A stretch of DNA of 48,194 nt, taken from positions 1-48,194 of the IMG/VR virus record IMGVR_UViG_3300022917_000014; one strand, given 5' to 3'. Within the stretch, counting starts at the first letter, position 1; each line of letters opens with the position of its first letter. This document shows positions 44,294 to 48,194 of the stretch, one piece after another. The notes under the pieces were generated by a model. That model saw nothing but the letters and a program-made list of their open reading frames with translations. It was not told the DNA's origin and did no database searches. The position numbers and the translations under genes are program-made. Source of the stretch: a virus (Duplodnaviria; Caudoviricetes).

Positions 44294-47200
44294 GCTTTAC
44301 GTATTTTGGTGGTTTTCTGACCTTTACGGATATAGTAGTGTTTATCATCTTCCCACCGTTCCGTCTTATCCCGTTCCTTGTCTGCCAGATACTTTACGTT
44401 CTGGTTGATGGCCGTTACATCGTTGCTAATATCAGGGCCGCCGCTTACCAGCATTACCTGTGCTTTCAAGCTGTCCCGTTCCCGGGCTACCGTTAGCACT
44501 TCCTTCGGGCTGTCACTCTGCAGGTGGATGCCCATGCCTGCCAGCATATCGCGCAGTGCCTCATCATTCATGCCGGCAATGTTGTTATTGTTGATGGCTT
44601 CCAGCAAGGTGCCATACTTCGCTGCCTGGGCTTTTTTGGTCACATGTTCGCCGGCTTCCAGTTCTACCACGTCACCGCTGCCGTCCGCTGCCACGTACTT
44701 CTTACCGCCTTCGCTGTGTGGTTTGCCGTCAATCCAGCCACCACCCCCGAACTGCTGTTTTTGATCGTTCACCAGTTGGAACGCTTTAACCTTTGCAGCC
44801 ACAAAGGCGCCGGTCATCAGGCCAATGGTCGCAATGGCCAATGGCACCCCAATGAATGGAATGCCAGAAAGTGCTTTAAAGATTTGCGTAGCCGATGTGA
44901 TCAGGTTCGACGCCTGGGTCACTGTGTCCAGAATAAGCTGCGCCCTTTGGATGGCTGCCTGACGCTTCTGCAGTTCCTCGGCCTGTTTGATTTCCTCGTC
45001 TTTGGCCTTCTTTTTCTCGGCCAGTTCGGCCTCCAAAAGTTCCACGTTATTGGCGAACCCGTCGTCACGCAGTTGCTTTTCCTTGTCCAGCTTGTCCTCC
45101 AAATCGTCTATGTCGTTGTCGATCTGGTCTATTACTTCCTGCTTTTTATCAATCTGGCGTTGGTATTGATCGACAATAAAGCCGGTGATTTCGCTTATAC
45201 TACTGAGGGCCTGCTGTGCGGCACCGATCACCGCGTCCCGCTGTTCCTGTGAAAGCTCACCCAGGCCCAACATTTTAAACCAGTTGATGCCGTCCGGCTT
45301 CGCCTCATTAACCGCCGTCTTTAATGCCTTTTCCAATTCCTGCACGGTCTTTTTGGCCTGCAGTACTACGGTGCTGTTCTCGGCATTACCCTGGTCAAGT
45401 AGTGCCTGCAGGGCCAGCTTTGCGTACTTTATTTTCACTTCCAGGACAGCCACCTGCTTTTGTTCCTCAATGCCGGGCAGGTCCTTTACATACTTCGCAG
45501 CGGTCTCTACTTCCAGGACGGCCCTTTCTTCCTGCAGGGCAATGCTTTTGTTCGTAAACTCAGATTGAGCCTTTTTTGTGTCACGTATTTGGGCGTCGTT
45601 CAGTTGGTCCAGTAGTTGCTGGCGCAGATCGGTTTCGTTCTTAAATTCTTCCTTTATCTGCTGCTTTTTTTCTTCATAGCCCAGGCGTATGGTTTCCACT
45701 TCCTTTACTATTCCTTCCTCCCGGTTGTCGATGATGGTCTGCGCGGCCTTAAACTGCAAAGCTGCCTGATCAGCAGCCTGTTTGTCGTCAATCGTTTTTA
45801 TCTCTTTACCCAGGTTGGCCCGCAGTTGCTTAATCAGGGCATTGCGGTCCTTTTCAGCTTTCCCGCTTAGGGCCTTCTCAGCTTCCAGATCGGCTATTTT
45901 CGCGGCCGTGTTAGCGCGCGCCTGTGCGCGTTCGCGCTCGTACTGATCGGCAATGGCGTCCACCCTGGCGGCTTCCAGTTCGCGGGTAAATTTGATTTGC
46001 TGTTCCAGTATTTTTTTGCGTTCCTCTGCTGCTTTCTTCGCGTCTTCCAGCCTCTTTTTTTCCGCCTCATCGGCCTTCTTTTTGGCTGCCTCATCCTCTT
46101 TACGCAGGTCGCCCTGCTTTTCAATGCGCTTTATTTCCAATTCGTTAAGGTCATCAGCATTCTGTGCCTGGCGTTTAAGCAACTCGTCTTCCAACTTTTT
46201 ATTATCCTCTGCAGATAGCAGGGCACGCTTGTCGCTGTCATTGTACAGTTTCACAAATTCGGCATAGGCTTCCTGCCGACGATTTATTCGCCTGGCAATG
46301 GCCTCGCCTTCAATCTGCGTGATTTCACTCTCCGACTTACCTGCGGCTTTAGCCTGGGCGACCATCAAATCAGTGCGCCGCTTCATACTGGCCTCGTCCA
46401 AATCCAGCAGCAGTTTTTGAGCTTCCAGGGCTTCGTTAAGGGCTTTTGTCGCTTTTTCCGCCTCGGCACTATTGTCAGAAAACGCTATTAGAGCCGTTAT
46501 AATGGCCGTCAACCCTACCAGGATGGCAGTAATCGGGTTTGCCAGTAAAGCAGCCGTAAAGGCACGCATGGCGGTCGCTGCGCCGACTGTGGCAGCAGTT
46601 TGTACTACTTCGGCACCGGCCAACGCCTCAGTGCTTACGGCTGCGGTTGCCTGCGCGCGGGAAAATAGCAGCACAGAAAGGGCACTGTCTTTATTCAGGG
46701 CGTTGGCTATTGCCTGAATACCCTGCAGCACAGCCATTGCTCCGGTGACCTTCTGAATAACCCTATTTGCTTCCTCGCTTTCCGACCCAAACAGTGCAAG
46801 GGCACCCTGTCCTGCAGTAAACGCGCCAGCCAGTCCTTGCACTGCCTGTATGCCAGCGTCCAGGTACTTCGTATCACTGGCCAGTACCCGTATGCGGTTG
46901 GATATATCGCCTATTTGATCCTCCAACTGGCCCCCGCGTATGGCCATAGCCTCAAACTCTGCTGTTCCCTCCTTTCCTGCCAGTTCCATCTCAGCCAGTG
47001 CGGCCTTGATCTGTTTCAGTTCACCCTTAAGGCTCAGGTTCTTTTTTGTCACGTTGTCGGTGGCGGCACCCAGTTCGGCCAGGAAGGTAGCAGCGATCTC
47101 TATCTGCGTGTTGAGCTCAGCAAATTCTTGGCTATTTGGGTCAAGCTGGCCCAGGGCATCCTTAGCCAACCCAACCGCCTGGGTAAGTATTTCTATATCA

Positions 47201-47607
47201 CCGGCACCGTCCTGCAGGGCCTTGTCGAAGGCAGCCAGTTTTGCATCGTCAAAGTTGAATTTGATCGGCTTCGCGGCATTGCTGGCGAACTTGACCAGCA
47301 GATCGTTGAATTTTGTCAACTTCTTTTCCATTTCACTGCTGACCCCCTTGCCACTCAATGCGTCGCCCAGTTCCTTACCCAGTGTCTTCGCCTCATCCCG
47401 CAACTTCGCGGCCTTTTCGGCATCCACTGTTATGGTTTTCCCCAGGTTATCCCCGGCTGCAGCGGCATCATTAAAACCCTTCTGCATTTCCTTCGTGGCA
47501 TTTTGCACGTTTGCATCCATAGCGTCGATGCCCTTGTCGATGGCCTGCACACCCTCGAAAAAAGTGGCTGTGTCCAAACCAAACGGGATTAAATACTCAT
47601 CTGCCAT
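44290..47607 (-). CDS. Tape measure protein (1105 aa)
   Basis: Long Ala/Glu/Lys helical protein with hydrophobic segments; C-terminal FGGGGWIDGKPHSEGG...E.GE motif. Confidence 0.9.
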   Translation of the reverse strand: MADEYLIPFGLDTATFFEGVQAIDKGIDAMDANVQNATKEMQKGFNDAAAAGDNLGKTITVDAEKAAKLRDEAKTLGKELGDALSGKGVSSEMEKKLTKFNDLLVKFASNAAKPIKFNFDDAKLAAFDKALQDGAGDIEILTQAVGLAKDALGQLDPNSQEFAELNTQIEIAATFLAELGAATDNVTKKNLSLKGELKQIKAALAEMELAGKEGTAEFEAMAIRGGQLEDQIGDISNRIRVLASDTKYLDAGIQAVQGLAGAFTAGQGALALFGSESEEANRVIQKVTGAMAVLQGIQAIANALNKDSALSVLLFSRAQATAAVSTEALAGAEVVQTAATVGAATAMRAFTAALLANPITAILVGLTAIITALIAFSDNSAEAEKATKALNEALEAQKLLLDLDEASMKRRTDLMVAQAKAAGKSESEITQIEGEAIARRINRRQEAYAEFVKLYNDSDKRALLSAEDNKKLEDELLKRQAQNADDLNELEIKRIEKQGDLRKEDEAAKKKADEAEKKRLEDAKKAAEERKKILEQQIKFTRELEAARVDAIADQYERERAQARANTAAKIADLEAEKALSGKAEKDRNALIKQLRANLGKEIKTIDDKQAADQAALQFKAAQTIIDNREEGIVKEVETIRLGYEEKKQQIKEEFKNETDLRQQLLDQLNDAQIRDTKKAQSEFTNKSIALQEERAVLEVETAAKYVKDLPGIEEQKQVAVLEVKIKYAKLALQALLDQGNAENSTVVLQAKKTVQELEKALKTAVNEAKPDGINWFKMLGLGELSQEQRDAVIGAAQQALSSISEITGFIVDQYQRQIDKKQEVIDQIDNDIDDLEDKLDKEKQLRDDGFANNVELLEAELAEKKKAKDEEIKQAEELQKRQAAIQRAQLILDTVTQASNLITSATQIFKALSGIPFIGVPLAIATIGLMTGAFVAAKVKAFQLVNDQKQQFGGGGWIDGKPHSEGGKKYVAADGSGDVVELEAGEHVTKKAQAAKYGTLLEAINNNNIAGMNDEALRDMLAGMGIHLQSDSPKEVLTVARERDSLKAQVMLVSGGPDISNDVTAINQNVKYLADKERDKTERWEDDKHYYIRKGQKTTKIRKA

Positions 47608-47941
47608 TGTCGCGGTTTTTGTTTTTGTAATAATCGCGTTCCTTGCTGACCTGTTCCTGCCATAGATCAAACAGTTTCCAGTATTCCAGCACGTCGGTGC
47701 CCTTTATCTTTTCGTATTCGCTTTTGATGCCGTCGGCCATCTTCCACCATACCTCCCGCCACATGTCCCGCAGATTGTTTACCTGATCATTGATGGATAG
47801 GGGGCCAGCATCTACTGACTGGCCTTTTCTTGTGGTTGGTTTGCCTCCGCTGTGGTGTTTTGCTGGCCCGAAGTGATGCGGGTAACTGTCCTGTAAACGT
47901 CCAGAAAGCCAGCGACCATATTGGAGGCAGCCTGAAAAAAA
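47597..47941 (-). CDS. -1 frameshift extension (gpGT-like) of the tail chaperone
   Basis: Slippery T TTT TTT at 47941-47935; the -1 frame stays open to TGA at 47597, overlapping the TMP start. Confidence 0.75.
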   Translation of the reverse strand, partial: FFSGCLQYGRWLSGRLQDSYPHHFGPAKHHSGGKPTTRKGQSVDAGPLSINDQVNNLRDMWREVWWKMADGIKSEYEKIKGTDVLEYWKLFDLWQEQVSKERDYYKNKNRDNGR

Positions 47942-48194
47942 TCGCGCATGTCTATGCCTTCCTGCTTCCAGTCGGCTATCTTCTTAACGTATAAGTCCTG
48001 GGTGAAAACCGTGCGGTCCTCGTCCTCGGTATTCATGAACAGGGCGCACATTTTCAATACCGTGGGCTCCCGTTCCTCGATCTTCGACACTCCCCGCAGC
48101 AAATCGGATAGTTCCACTGCGGCGTCGACAAATCGCAGCTTATTCATAAGGTCCTTTAGCCTGACCAGCTTATCATACATGCCTTTGAAGGTGG
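47812..48194 (-). CDS. Tail assembly chaperone (gpG-like), 3' part
   Basis: Continuation of the gene starting at 268. Confidence 0.8.
   Translation of the reverse strand, partial: TFKGMYDKLVRLKDLMNKLRFVDAAVELSDLLRGVSKIEEREPTVLKMCALFMNTEDEDRTVFTQDLYVKKIADWKQEGIDMRDFFQAASNMVAGFLDVYRTVTRITSGQQNTTAEANQPQEKASQ
48063..48194. repeat. Terminal direct repeat, right copy
   Basis: Matches 1-132 with one mismatch. Confidence 0.95.

Noticed and set aside
161-47665. All plus-strand ORFs (e.g. 4327..5049, 16312..17031, 18575..19330, 46837..47592)
   Set aside because: They are antisense shadows of well-supported minus-strand genes and have no recognisable motifs.
1-48194. Stop-codon reassignment
   Set aside because: The standard code gives intact long genes and dense coding, and all three stop codons are used as gene ends.

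Overview
The window is an apparently complete, circularly permuted ~48.06 kb tailed dsDNA phage genome (siphovirus-like); bases 1-132 repeat at 48063-48194 with one mismatch. All credible genes are on the minus strand. In transcription order there are two regions. The early/middle region (~35.2 kb down to ~14.1 kb) holds a C5 DNA methyltransferase with a nested second-frame ORF, a lipoprotein, RecT and YqaJ, a replication initiator with internal iterons, a DUF1064 nuclease, a DEDDh exonuclease, an ASCH protein and a PIF1-like helicase. The late region holds terS, terL, an esterase-PKD protein, portal, MuF-like protein, scaffold, major capsid, head-tail genes, a frameshifted G/GT chaperone across the contig junction, tape measure, an Ig-repeat tip protein, tail tube, two shared-anchor accessory proteins and the lysis cassette. 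Eleven intergenic TA(C/T)ATTTG boxes point to a Bacteroidota host, possibly Chitinophagaceae (inference). I saw no integrase, tRNA, CRISPR array or reverse transcriptase. The most striking unexplained signal is a set of short RNA segments just 5' of intrinsic terminators. Three of them carry 14-21 nt near-perfect complementarity to leaders or start regions of distant phage genes, suggesting a trans-acting antisense RNA network. All product calls come from motifs and synteny read by eye; no database searches were run.
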